A stretch of 63,973 nucleotides of DNA, filler included, from Hyphochytrium catenoides (Eukaryota; Protista; Hyphochytriomycota): the NCBI GenBank assembly GCA_900088475.1. It is 14 parts of 14 records of this genome, joined end to end, with 100 filler letters (N's around TTAATTAATTAA, not from the genome) between each part and the next. Parts side by side here need not be neighbours in the genome. Positions count along the whole stretch, not along the records: positions 1 to 7,466 come from FLMG01000643.1; positions 7,567 to 8,649 come from FLMG01001729.1; positions 8,750 to 10,645 come from FLMG01003145.1; 11 more parts are not named here. One strand, 5' to 3'. Below are positions 1 to 10,581 of the stretch, in pieces; position 1 is the first letter of the stretch; each line of letters starts with the position of its first letter. A program made the position numbers and the translations under genes. A model generated the notes under the pieces. That model was not told the origin of the DNA. It ran no database searches and was given only the letters and a program-made list of their open reading frames with translations.

Positions 1-1154
1 ACTGTTCGCTGGGCACCTGGTCCACAGAACAGAATAGGAGAAGAAGAGCCACTTCCAAAGAGAAAGAGGAAACAACAAAGGAACAAGGGAGAAGGAGAAA
101 AGAAGAGCAGTGTGCTGGATAGAACCACCAACAAAAAACGAAAGAAAGTGACCAGAAGAAGTTGTACACCAGAGCCTAGCTAAGATGAGAGAGAAGAGAG
201 GGGAGGGAAGAGAAGAAGATAAAACGAGGAGGACCAAGCCCCGCCAGAAAAAAGAGACATAAAGAAAAGAGAGATCAACAGCAAAAGATGCAAGAAGACC
301 AACGAGGGCAACCTCTCCTCTTTTCTCTGCCGCCTTGCATCTTCTTTTTCTCTGCCGCTGAGTTGTTACTCTAGAATTCTTATGCAGTTGTGCGCTATAG
401 CAAAAGCATCGAGTGGTAGACTTCCAGGGCGTTGTTTGTTGCAGCTCGAGAGGAGGAGGTTGTTCGTTCAACCATGGGAGGAGAGTCATAATGTCATAGA
501 CCAATTTTCCTTCTTTGTCTCTTTCTCTATTCTCTTTCTCGCTCTCTTTTCTTTTTCTATCTCCTCTCTTCGATTTCCTCTGATTCACTTCTGGGAGGAC
601 AGAAAGAGGAGGTTAACTCTCTTACCCCCGAGCAATAGAGGAGGAAGACAAGTAGTAGGAAACATATCAACAAAGAGAAACAGAATTGCTCCACCAATTG
701 CAACAAGGTATCGAACGACGAAGAAGGAGAGAAGAGAGAGAGAGCGAAGAAAGAAAGGAGAGTACAGAGAGAAAGAGATAGAAAAGGGTAGGAGAGGGAG
801 AAATGGGGGAAAGGAGGGAACAGGGAGAGAGAGGAGAGAGAGAGAGAGAGAGAGAGAGAAGACGAAGAACAAAACTTGACAAAGAGAGAGAGAGAGAAAG
901 TGAAAAAGAGTCATCAGAAACAGTACTCGTACGACTGTAGAACAATCACAAGTCATTCTCTTCTTCAGAGCAGCCACTTTGCATGTTGGACTCAAATTTG
1001 TCGCTAACTTCACAAAAGTAGAAACTGCCAGTTCCGCTTGCCAACGAAAAGGACTATGACATTTGAACCGTAAAAGAAAGACGCTGGATAATGGATTGCA
1101 AGTGACCTGACTTTGTCGCCCCACCAAAGTTTTTCCACTCCATCATCCACCGAC

Positions 1155-1183
1155 ACCCTAACCCTAACCCTAACCCTAGCCCT
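1155..1183. repeat. Short interstitial telomere-like (CCCTAA)n tract
   Basis: ACCCTAACCCTAACCCTAACCCTAGCCCT. Related short TTAGGG-type tracts occur at ~20515-20534 and ~23989-24002. Confidence 0.6.
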
Positions 1184-3465
1184 CACTACAGGGAAGAAGA
1201 AACAGTATCAATCAAAGTGTCAGCAGGCAGCGCAGAGCCCGACAACACCACCACGGTATTATCCTGCAGCGACTCTTCTCTCTTCTCGCTCTTCCTCGTG
1301 CTTGGCCGTCTCTTCCTCTGTCTTTCAACCATAAGACGGCCCGCTGGGTCATCAACCTGATGATGACAAAGCTTGGTGTGCTCTATGAGAAGCTACGTCT
1401 TCTGGGTTGTAGGGAAGAAAGAGCTACTACTACCAGCAGCAGGACACCACCAAGTGCACAATAGAATTTATCAGGGCATCCCTCGACTTTGCCGTCGCCT
1501 TACGCTGTTCAGGTCTCTCTCTTTCGTTGGCCTCTCTTGCTTCTCGTCCTGCTAGTAGACGCTATCCTCTCTCCTGTTGTCCCCGCTTCCCATTTTGTAC
1601 TAGTGTGCAGAAGTAGAGCCTTCTTTAGTAGTTCAATTTTTTTGCGTTCTTACTTTTTCCGTGATGTGCAACTACTCTCTCTTTCTCTCTTCCATGCCAC
1701 CTATTTCCTCTCTCTTCCAACCTGTCTCATGTCTCTCTCTCCCTCTTTCCCTTAGAATTTTCTCGGTCTCTCGGTCTTAATCTTCTTCTGCAAAGAACCG
1801 TACTTCTTCTCCACTGATACTGCTTTATAATAAGACAAATTTTGACTGTGGTGAGGAGGAGAGAAGAGAGCGCGAGAGAAAGGGAAAAAAAAGGAGAGAG
1901 AGAGCAAGAGAAAAGAGAGAGAGACACAGAAGAATGAAGGAAGGAAGCTAAGAAGAGAAGGCTAAGGACGGACAACGGAGACATCTTCTGACGCGTTCGT
2001 TAGCGACCAACAACCACCTGCCAGATAAATAAACCCTTTAATCTTTGGCATACATCTGTGATATCTTATTATCCTCTTTCTCTGACTTTTATATGACTGT
2101 ATAGCATTGTCATCATGCAGTCATCGCAGAAGCGGAACAGAAAGGAAGACAGGGAGAAGAGAATAACCGGCAAGCCAGAGAGACAAGAAAAGGAGTGAGA
2201 ACGCGAGGAGGAAGACCGCTAAAGCCAATTGCTGAGAGAAGAAGAAGTTGAAGAGGGCAAGCTGCAGAAGAGGGACCAAGGCAGCAGGAACGTCTTCCCC
2301 GAAGGACGAAAGGTCGATCGGCAAACGTCCTTGTTCTCCTCCACATGCAACCAACACGAAGAGAGGAAGAAGAGGGCAGCGCGGGCAACAGCAGAAGAGA
2401 TAGGGAAGCACAGCAGTAGCCAGAAACGGAGAGAGAAGAAAGAGGGAGAGAAAAAAACAGAGACGGGAGGAGATGATAGAGGAGAAAGAAAAACATTATC
2501 CCAGCACTCCGAGGAACTGTTTCCCTTGGGTTTCCTATGAGAATGTAGCTGTTATCCTTGAGCTCTTAGGACTGGCAGATACAATGCTTTCTCCTCCAAT
2601 TGCCAAGGTCAAACATGCGCTCTTCTAGGTAAGCCACACCAGGACAAAGCTTGCGCAGAGGCGGTCGGCAGTTGCTCGTCTGGGGCTGATGATTCGGCGA
2701 GAGCTCTGCCAGAGTCTGAGGAGTGTCTTGCACGTCTCACATTTTCTGATGATGGGATCCCAATAAAGCTCCCTCAATCGCCTGAGATCTGCTCCGCGCC
2801 TCGTGTGCAATCTTCACTTAGAATAGTGGATCCTTGTGTGTCCAGAAGGACCATACATTATGCTACTCTAGAATCATCTAGCACCCTCATGAGGCGCAAC
2901 TTGCACTTCCATTTACTGTTAGTTGGCGGTGGCTCGAGGTGTGGAACCGTGTCAAACAAGCACGAAATGTGCAGATGAGGATCTGGAAAAGCTGAAGTAG
3001 ACAACAAAGAGCAATAAAGCGGCCTAAAGCGACAGTACTGAGTACATTAGCCCCGCGGCAACGGCCCCTGGAAGCTACCTCAGAAGCGCATCCTCGCTGT
3101 GCGCTGGCCCAGGCGCTAATCGATGAGAGATCATCGCCTCATTGTAGCGTTTGCAGGTCCCTCTGTAGGCGGTGGCAGTGGAGAGAGACAGAGGAAGCCC
3201 CACTGCCGTAGCCACCTGTCCTAGCGTTTCCTTGCTTGCTTTTTTATAGATTAGACCACTGTGACGGTAACTGTTTTGGTTATAAGCACTTCATCCACTT
3301 AGTCCTGATGCCAGATCTGCAGTGGCTCTTTAGGAGAGACGTCCGCTGTCTCCCTCATTTGTCCTTCTCCTCCAGCGCCACATGCCTTTGCGAAAAAGAG
3401 GTCGTCGACCCTGTGTTATAGCTGGACGAAGACGACAGAGGACTTAATCGCACCATCTTCAAGAG

Positions 3466-4509
3466 AAATGGCTCCCATGTCTAGCTATCAACATGAGAGG
3501 AGTCAGAGATCAAGGCGTCCTTTCCTTGTCTGTCAGGCCGTCAACATGAGAGGAGTCAGAGATCAAGGCGTCGTTTCCTTGTTCGTCAAGCCGCCAACAG
3601 GAGAGGAGTCAGAGGTCAAGGCGTCCTTTCCTTGTCTGTCAAGCCGCCAACAGGAGAGGAGTCAGAGGTCAAGACATCGATTCCTTGTCTGTCAAGCCGC
3701 CAACAGAGGAAGAGTCAGAGCTTAAGGCGTCTTTCCCTTAAGAAATGGCTCTCATGGCCCGGAGGACAAGGCGCCTTTTCCTTGTCTGTCTATCCGCCAA
3801 CAGGAGAGAAGTCAGAGGTCAAGGCGTCGTTTCCTTGTCTGTCAGGTCGTCAACAGGAGAGGAGTCAGAGCTTAAGGCGTCTTTCCCCTAAGAAATGGCT
3901 CTCATGGCCCGGAGGACAAGGTGTCTTTTCCTTGTCTGTCAAGCCGCCAACAGGAGACAGTCGGAGGTCAAGGCGTCGTTTCCTTGTCTGTCAGGCCGTC
4001 AACAGGAGAGGAGTCAGAGGTCAAGGCGTGTTTTCCTTGTCTGTCAAGCCGGCAACAGGTGAGGAGTCAGAGCTTAAGGCGTCTTTCCCTTAAGAATTGG
4101 CTCTCATGGCTCGGATTACAAGGTGTCTTTTCCTTGTCTGTCAGGCCGTCAACGGGGGAGGAGTCAGAGATCCAGGTGTCTTTTCGTTGTCTGTCAAGCC
4201 GCCAACAGGAGTGGAGCCAGAGGTCAAGGCGTCTTTTCCTTGAGAAATGGCTCCCATGGCCCGAAGGACAAAGGGTCCTTTCCTTGTCTGTCAAGCCACC
4301 AACAGGAGAGGAGTCAGAGGTCAAGGCGTCTTTTCCTTGAGAAATGGCTCCCATGGCCCGAAGAAGGACAAGGTGTCTTTTCTTTTGTCTGTCAAGCCGC
4401 CAACAGGAGAGAAGTCAGAGGTCAAGGCGTCCTTTCCTTGTCAGTCAAGTTGTGAACAGGAGAGGAGTCAGAGGTCTATCCGCCAACAGGAGAGGAGTCA
4501 GAGGTCAAG
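3466..4509. repeat. Two-monomer tandem array (53-bp A unit, 44-bp B unit)
   Basis: Unit starts: 3511, 3564, 3617, 3670 (A); 3723 (B); 3767, 3820 (A); 3873 (B); 3917, 3969, 4022 (A); 4075 (B); 4119, 4172 (A); 4225 (B); 4269 (A); 4322 (B); 4369, 4423 (A). Both monomers begin with (c/t)aaggYgtcNtttcctt. Confidence 0.92.
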
Positions 4510-5596
4510 CTCCACCGACAGCGCAGGTTCCGCCATCAGCTCTTTCCCCTTGATGATGAGCCTTCTTGCTCTTCGTACCTGTTAACTCTAGGGGCCGTGG
4601 TCAAATCTAGTTCCTGGTGGTCCTGGAGCTGTACTTGGATTTGGTAAAGACTCCAGTAGAAATAAACTAAGATACTTGGAACTGCAGAAATTCTGGATCA
4701 GAACAAAGTACTTGTACTTGAACGTGGCGGTTGGCCGTTACTCTATGAGACGAAACGGTAGTAAACGGGGGAAGGTGCACTACTGTTGCTGCTCTGGCCC
4801 AGAGCTATGTATTATACAGAGAGACACGACGAGAAAACTTCCTAACCCTGAAGTGCCGGAGTGCCTAACACTTACTGTTCAAACTTTATCGAAGAGTGCC
4901 GAGCTTGCCCTTGCAGTTTGTACGAAGGCAAGACACTCAGGTCCATTCAGGTCTATCTTAGATCCCCTCCTGTAGCTGAAGCCGTACAGTTGTTAATACT
5001 GGCTGCTCTGGCTGGTCTTCCTCCTTCGGTTGGAGGCAGCGACAGGTCCGGAGGAGGCCAATGATGAATCGCGCGTAATTTGCCTCCACCCACTACTGTT
5101 GCACAGGTGAGTCCTGCACTAACTGAAAGGACAGAGAATTTCCTTTTTACTAAGAAGGAATTCTACTCTCATTCACTTTTATATTGTTGGACCTGTGGCA
5201 TGCGTTCATGCTTTTATTGCTTTGATAGAGTTCTTTCTTACTATTCTGCTCAGCAATGGGGCCCGCTTTCTTTCCTTAGAAGAACGAGGAGAGGAGGAGT
5301 AGAGCAATGTTCGCATTTCTAGGCAACCGGGTGCACTTTATAAAGTCCTATAATGAGCTCTGTGACAAGCTCGACAGCGCGTACCTGTATCAAAACCATT
5401 AGTTTTATTTCCAGTAACCTATCAGCAGACAAGGACAACAACGTTGCACAGGAATTACGAGTAAATAAAGACAAACAAGAAACATCAGGATTGTACCGGC
5501 AAAGACCTTCCTTTCTTTCCTTCTCTCCTAACTTTTTCCCTCCAGCCATAGGGTTCAAACTGGGATCTTTCAGATATTCTTCTTCGTTGTCATTCC

Positions 5597-7198
5597 TTAG
5601 GCCATTGGCGTTCCTTCACTTTCTTCTCCAATACGTGAATTGAGCCCCACCAGCTGATTTACGACCAGACTGCTCTGAATGTGATCCACGATCACAATGT
5701 TCCCAAAGCCACGCGTTGCGGGCATGCTCCCTCTGTCTCCTGCCCTCGCTTGGTCGGCAAACTTTACCCATCTTTCGTCTTTGTTTGCCATCTCTCCAAA
5801 TTGCACAAGGGAACGCTTTCCAAAAGGATTAAGCACTTCTTTGATGATACAGCCAGCCTGCAAGGTCAGTGTCCAGGAGAGCTTGTAAAGAAATGGCGGG
5901 TTTCCCTTTCTCTCTCTTGCAGCCTTGGACTGCTGCAGATTGTACTGGTACATCTGCTCCAAGTCGCAAGAATCAGCATAAGAGTTGAAGATGAAGGAAG
6001 AAAATGGCCAGAGCTCCCTTCCTGGAAGCTCAGCCACCAACTGATCATCCTCAAACGCGACAAAAGCTCTATAATTCTTGCTCACCAGCTCTGCAATCTT
6101 AGGCGTGTCTCTGATATCTCCGCTCTCAGGCCGCGGCGCCAGATAACCTTGCAGCGTAGAGAGGACCATCTCTCGCAGTTGGCGCTTCTGCTCTACCGTT
6201 GGATCGCCACGAAAGTGACTAATCTCTACCATCACAATTTCTCCCGGTTGTTCCGTTAAAAACTGTCTGATTTCTCTTAAAAGCCCTTCAATCGGTAGAC
6301 CAAAGACAGCATGAAAGCTCCTCCACTGCTGTGTTTTACTATCCCACGCGGCGCGAAGATCAAAGTATCGGACGCCTAAGCGTAACTGATCATAAAGTGA
6401 TTTATCTTGAGCTTCTGATAACCGCAGAATAAATCGATTAATCTGCCGGATACCGAGGGCATTAGCCACTTTGATTAAATTTCGGACAGTGTCGCTTAGA
6501 TCCCCGGGCACCAGCTCTTCGGTCAGCTGATAAGCTCCACTATCGTGCGTGCCGGGGATGGTAATCTCGGTTATCTTCTTTTCGGCGATTAACGGAAATA
6601 GCCGTGTCATCCAGGCCTCGGCGACCCAGGTCAGGCGAGAGAGAGAAGAAGAAGCGCCGTCTTCCGGGAAAGACGAGGAAGAAGAAGAGAGACTGGCGGT
6701 GTCTTCTTCCCCACGGAGAGACTTCTTGCTTATTTCTCCTTCTTCTCCTCTGATCTTGTTATTGTTGCTGAGGCTGGAGCGGACTAGGGCAGCTTGCCCA
6801 GGAGAGAGAGAGAGAACATGTTGCTCACTAATGAGAGACTGAATGTCTTCATTCTCTCTCTTCCGTCTATCTTCTTCTACTTGTTCAAAGAACTCTGTCT
6901 CGTTGAAAGAGAGAGCTTCGGGGAGCCCCGCGAGAGAGGTGGAGAGAAGGTCCACCCATTTGTTGGAAGAGTCTCTCTCTTCCTCTGGAGTCTGCGGTGT
7001 GGGCACCAAAGATTTGACCTCGTCAATAAGGCGAGAGAGAAAGAGATGTCGTGCGGCCCGAGAAGAGGAAGAAGAAGAGGAGTCTTTCCCTACAAATGTG
7101 GCAGTCGCCTGTAAGCCTTGTGTCTCTCCTTGTTGAACGAGAGAAGAGACGCCAAGGACAAGAAAGAGAGAAGACACTGACAGGCTATAGATCTTCAT
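5597..7198 (-). CDS. Secreted phosphatidylinositol-specific phospholipase C X-domain protein (PLCXD/bacterial PI-PLC-like), 533 aa, intronless
   Basis: Hydrophobic N-terminal signal (MKIYSLSVSSLFLVLGVSSL) and a Ser/acidic low-complexity pro-region. PI-PLC X motifs follow: ITIPGTHDSGAY (catalytic His), QDKSLYDQLRLGVRYFDLR, FHAVFG, FLTEQPGEIVMVEISH. Confidence 0.88.
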   Translation of the reverse strand: MKIYSLSVSSLFLVLGVSSLVQQGETQGLQATATFVGKDSSSSSSSRAARHLFLSRLIDEVKSLVPTPQTPEEERDSSNKWVDLLSTSLAGLPEALSFNETEFFEQVEEDRRKRENEDIQSLISEQHVLSLSPGQAALVRSSLSNNNKIRGEEGEISKKSLRGEEDTASLSSSSSSFPEDGASSSLSRLTWVAEAWMTRLFPLIAEKKITEITIPGTHDSGAYQLTEELVPGDLSDTVRNLIKVANALGIRQINRFILRLSEAQDKSLYDQLRLGVRYFDLRAAWDSKTQQWRSFHAVFGLPIEGLLREIRQFLTEQPGEIVMVEISHFRGDPTVEQKRQLREMVLSTLQGYLAPRPESGDIRDTPKIAELVSKNYRAFVAFEDDQLVAELPGRELWPFSSFIFNSYADSCDLEQMYQYNLQQSKAARERKGNPPFLYKLSWTLTLQAGCIIKEVLNPFGKRSLVQFGEMANKDERWVKFADQARAGDRGSMPATRGFGNIVIVDHIQSSLVVNQLVGLNSRIGEESEGTPMA

Positions 7199-7466
7199 AG
7201 TTCCTAACGGTAGCAGAGAGGGCGAAAGAGCAGAGAGGAGACAAAGCGCGCGCGAGAGAGAGTGTGTGTTTGAAGTTTTCTCTCGCTCGCTCTTCTTATG
7301 TCACTTTATTAGAAGAGGTACTGCCGCCGCGGTGGCAGGAACCGGAGAATTTGTCAAGTGACGGAGAAAATAGAAAAGGTGCGTGGATTTGCGACGATGA
7401 AGTGGAGAGAAGCGGCAGGATCCTAAGAGAGAGAGAGAGAGAGAGGAAGAGAGAGAGGGAGAGAGA

Positions 7467-7566
7467 NNNNNNNNNNNNNNNNNNNNNNNNNNNNNNNNNN
7501 NNNNNNNNNNTTAATTAATTAANNNNNNNNNNNNNNNNNNNNNNNNNNNNNNNNNNNNNNNNNNNN
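7467..7566. other. Artificial contig linker (N~44-TTAATTAATTAA-N~44); first of 13
   Basis: The same ~100-nt cassette, with stops in all six frames, starts at 7467, 8650, 10646, 32656, 34028, 44531, 46230, 53507, 55002, 56725, 59022, 60682 and 62835. Other N-runs without the 12-mer are ordinary intra-scaffold gaps. Confidence 0.97.
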
Positions 7567-7949
7567 CAAAAATAGCTCAAAATAGCCCAATGTATGGTCG
7601 TTTGAAAGACCGTGAAATGTCGTTGTTCAATGACCACATATCTGGAAGTCATTGAAAGCAATTTCTGTGATCCACTGCTCCCGTGGCGGTGAGGGACTCT
7701 TATGGATCGTCTCCCGCATGGACCAGGCATCGCAGGGCCGCTGAGGGCCATCAAGCCTTCAACAAGACCCTGTAGTCGTTCCTATTTCCTAGTAGACGGA
7801 TCTCACCTTACCTTATCTGTGTCTGAATCTTCAGATTGATGTCTTCAAATCTTCCATCAGCATACTAGTTCTACAGGTTCCACCTACAGCAAAACCTTCA
7901 TACAAACTTCAACTTCCTATCACTGTGCAACTGGAAGAGTTTCTGGCGG

Positions 7950-8640
7950 GGCTGGTCGTTACCGGCCATCTGTGCTAGGCATTCAGGTTACTAAAGATAA
8001 CTATCCTTTGATTACTGGCCATAGTGTGGTTCCTGTCAAAGGTGCTCTGCTCTCTTCTTCCAAACTCCATCAAAACAAAACGCCAGAGCGCCAGACCATC
8101 TTCCCTTCGACAGCTCGACCTCTCCAGTCTCCAGCCCATACCTTCTCACTTTGGAGCTGCCTGCTGTCGCCCTGTAATTGTGAAAAGGGAAGGCGGGTTG
8201 CACTTGGGAGCTCCGCGTGGTCAGTAGAAGCAGCTTGCCACGAGTCCACCTGAAAGCCCATAACTCCAGGTCTGGACACCTTGCCATTCCCTTGTCCCGG
8301 GCAGAGGTGATTAGACTGCCGTAAACCCTATCACTGGTTATTTCAGCCATCTAACCTTGTCGATCGTGGCAAGTGAAAAATAGTGTTGAGTGGACACAGA
8401 TCAAACGGTTTAATCCTTGGACGCTTTCCCGGAGCTTATTGTACAACCATCTTGGTGTTCTCTGCAGCTGTCGCAATCCTAATGCGAAGTTAGTTCTTCT
8501 TATTTGCCATCGGGCCTAACATATAACCCAAGGATGGATAGATGTGAGTCACCTTGGTGAGGAGTATCACGCCCGGTATTGAGCAGCAATAACTTACCTT
8601 ATGCTGTAGCTGTTCGAAAAAGGAAGCGCGCTGAAAACCC
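7950..8640 (+). mobile_element. Highly decayed Ty3/gypsy reverse-transcriptase relic (tentative)
   Basis: VTKDNYPL resembles gypsy RT TxKDxYPLP, followed by KGALLSSSKL (cf. GAxxFSKLD). Stops and frameshifts are present and no intact YxDD is visible. Confidence 0.3.
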
Positions 8641-8749
8641 CGCAGAGGANNNNNNNNNNNNNNNNNNNNNNNNNNNNNNNNNNNNNNNNNNNNTTAATTA
8701 ATTAANNNNNNNNNNNNNNNNNNNNNNNNNNNNNNNNNNNNNNNNNNNN

Positions 8750-9767
8750 TCTTGTTGGATGTACGGGGCGGTAGAAGATGAAAAGACGGGAAAGCTGATC
8801 CTTGACTCTCCCTCAATCCTCTCGACGAAGCTGGTGAAGGATGTGCTGAACATTGCCAGCACTAACACAGGGCATATCTCCTCATTGGTGAGTTCCTAGG
8901 GTCTCTCTCTCCCTCTCTTCTCTCTTCTTCGTCTACTATCGTCTATCACCCTTCGCTGTCGCTTGCTTCTCCATACCTTCGTTCAGTGTGTCTCTCTTGT
9001 CTAAAAGCCTACTTCTCACTCTCTCTCTCTCTCCCCTTCCTTCTCTCTCTCTCTCTCTCTCCTTCTCTCTCTCTCTCTCTCTCTCTCCTCTCTTCTCTTT
9101 CTTTCTCCCCTTCTCTCTCTTCCTCTCCCCATCTCGCTCTCTCTCTCTAGGTGCATCAGATTCAGGGCGAGGGTTCAAACTATGGCGTGGAACGGATTCT
9201 TCTGGTCGCTGTTTTCCCCATCTTTTTCCTTTTTGTTCTCTCGCTCCTCGCCCTCACGCTGTGGAAGCTATCTTCATCTGTCTTCTTCATCGTTGTGAGA
9301 AACCTCAAGGTCGTTCTCTCTATGTGCTGTTGCTGCTGTTGCAGTCGAAAGAGCAATAGTGGCAAGGTAAGAGAAAGGATGAGACATAAACAGAATGGAA
9401 AGGACAAGATAAGGAAGGGCCACGTCCGTCTTCTCTCTCTGTGATGTTCTTCCCTATCTCTCTCCTACTGTTCGTTTCTTGGCCTTCTATCGCTATGGTC
9501 CCTTCTCTCAATCTCTATCTCTCCCTCTCTCGTGTTCTTTCTCCCCCTGACGTTCTCTCTCTCTCCCTCTTCTCTTCTTAGGTCTCTCCTCGTTCCGTAC
9601 CAGACGCCTCGAGCCCTGCCTCTGATCCTCTGGAAGGTGCGCGCATGGCTCCTTTCACTGCTGATTGCTTAGTGAAGGTTGGGAAAGGGTTCAGGCTTGC
9701 AGAAGGGCTGAAGATTATGGGATGGAGGCTGGACAAGGATAACAGGCACATCTATAGGTAACTTGCC

Positions 9768-9836
<69 letters not shown>

Positions 9837-10581
9837 TCCTCCCCCCCCCACCCCAAACTGTTTGCACGTTTTCTTCCCTTTTCCTTTTTCCCTTCTACTG
9901 TCGCTCTTCCCTTCGTTTTCTCCTTCTTCCATCTTCTCTGTTCCTCTTAGTTTGCTGGGGCTCTCTCCCTGCTTCTGATCCCGTCATTGTCTGTTCTCAT
10001 CTGCTCCTGTTTTACACTCTTTTCCTGCCCTCCGATCTTTAGCTCATCTCTCTGTTCCTGACTTTCTCTCTCTTCTCTCATGTGAGATTGGCTCTCCACT
10101 GGCTTTCCCTTCTTCACTTGGTTCGTTCTGAACTGAAGACAGCAATCTCTCTCTCTTTCTCTCTCTGTCTTCCTCTTTCTCTCTCTCTTTTTCTCTTTCT
10201 TGACCAGGGTCGATCCTCAGAGCAAGACAGAAAGAAGGCTACTGACTTGGGAGGCGATCTCTCAGGACAGCTTGGCCTCATATAACATACTCAAGAACCC
10301 ACTCTATAGGGTACAGGCCTAGTGTTGCTCAGCGCTGCTGGCGCTTCCCTCTGTCTCTCTCTCTCTCTCTCTCTCTTCTTTCTCTTCCTCAGTCTCTCCC
10401 ATTTTTGGTGCCTGACGACAAGCTCTGTTGCCCTTTCTCGGATCTCTTTGTTCGTAGTCCTATGCTTTGACGTCACTCTGTCTTGAGGAGGTCCTGCCTG
10501 ACGCCTTCTCTCTCCCTTATATAGGATGCAATGATAGCTGACAGCGCGTATGGATCCAAGCCTAACACTAAGACGTCTTAG
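8750..10581 (+). CDS. 3' part of a multi-exon membrane protein (possibly TMC/anoctamin-superfamily-like); 5' end cut by contig edge
   Basis: Phase-consistent GT-AG exons <8750-8887, 9151-9366, 9582-9757, 10208-10310 and 10525-10581 (TAG). Translation: CWMYG..., a TM helix (ILLVAVFPIFFLFVLSLLALTLW), a Cys run CCCCCC, PFT...GW...TWEAI...SYNILKNPLYRDA. The family guess is from recalled motif resemblance only. Confidence 0.7.

Noticed and set aside
382-2540. ORFs rich in ER/RE or SL/LS repeats (also 8936-9978, 23429-24262, 34072-35054, 38700-40349, 41636-43857, 52240-53036)
   Set aside because: Translations of (AG)n/(CT)n microsatellite, which lacks stop codons. No domain signal.
3466-4509. CRISPR array, and the overlapping repetitive ORFs in this region
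   Set aside because: The spacers are only two recurring types, the repeats are degenerate, there are no cas genes and the context is eukaryotic. The 53/44-bp units are not multiples of 3, so the ORFs are by-products.
2540-5060. Gypsy pol relic flanking the tandem array
   Set aside because: Only faint hints (W..CxxC, GTLR). Too degraded to list as a feature.
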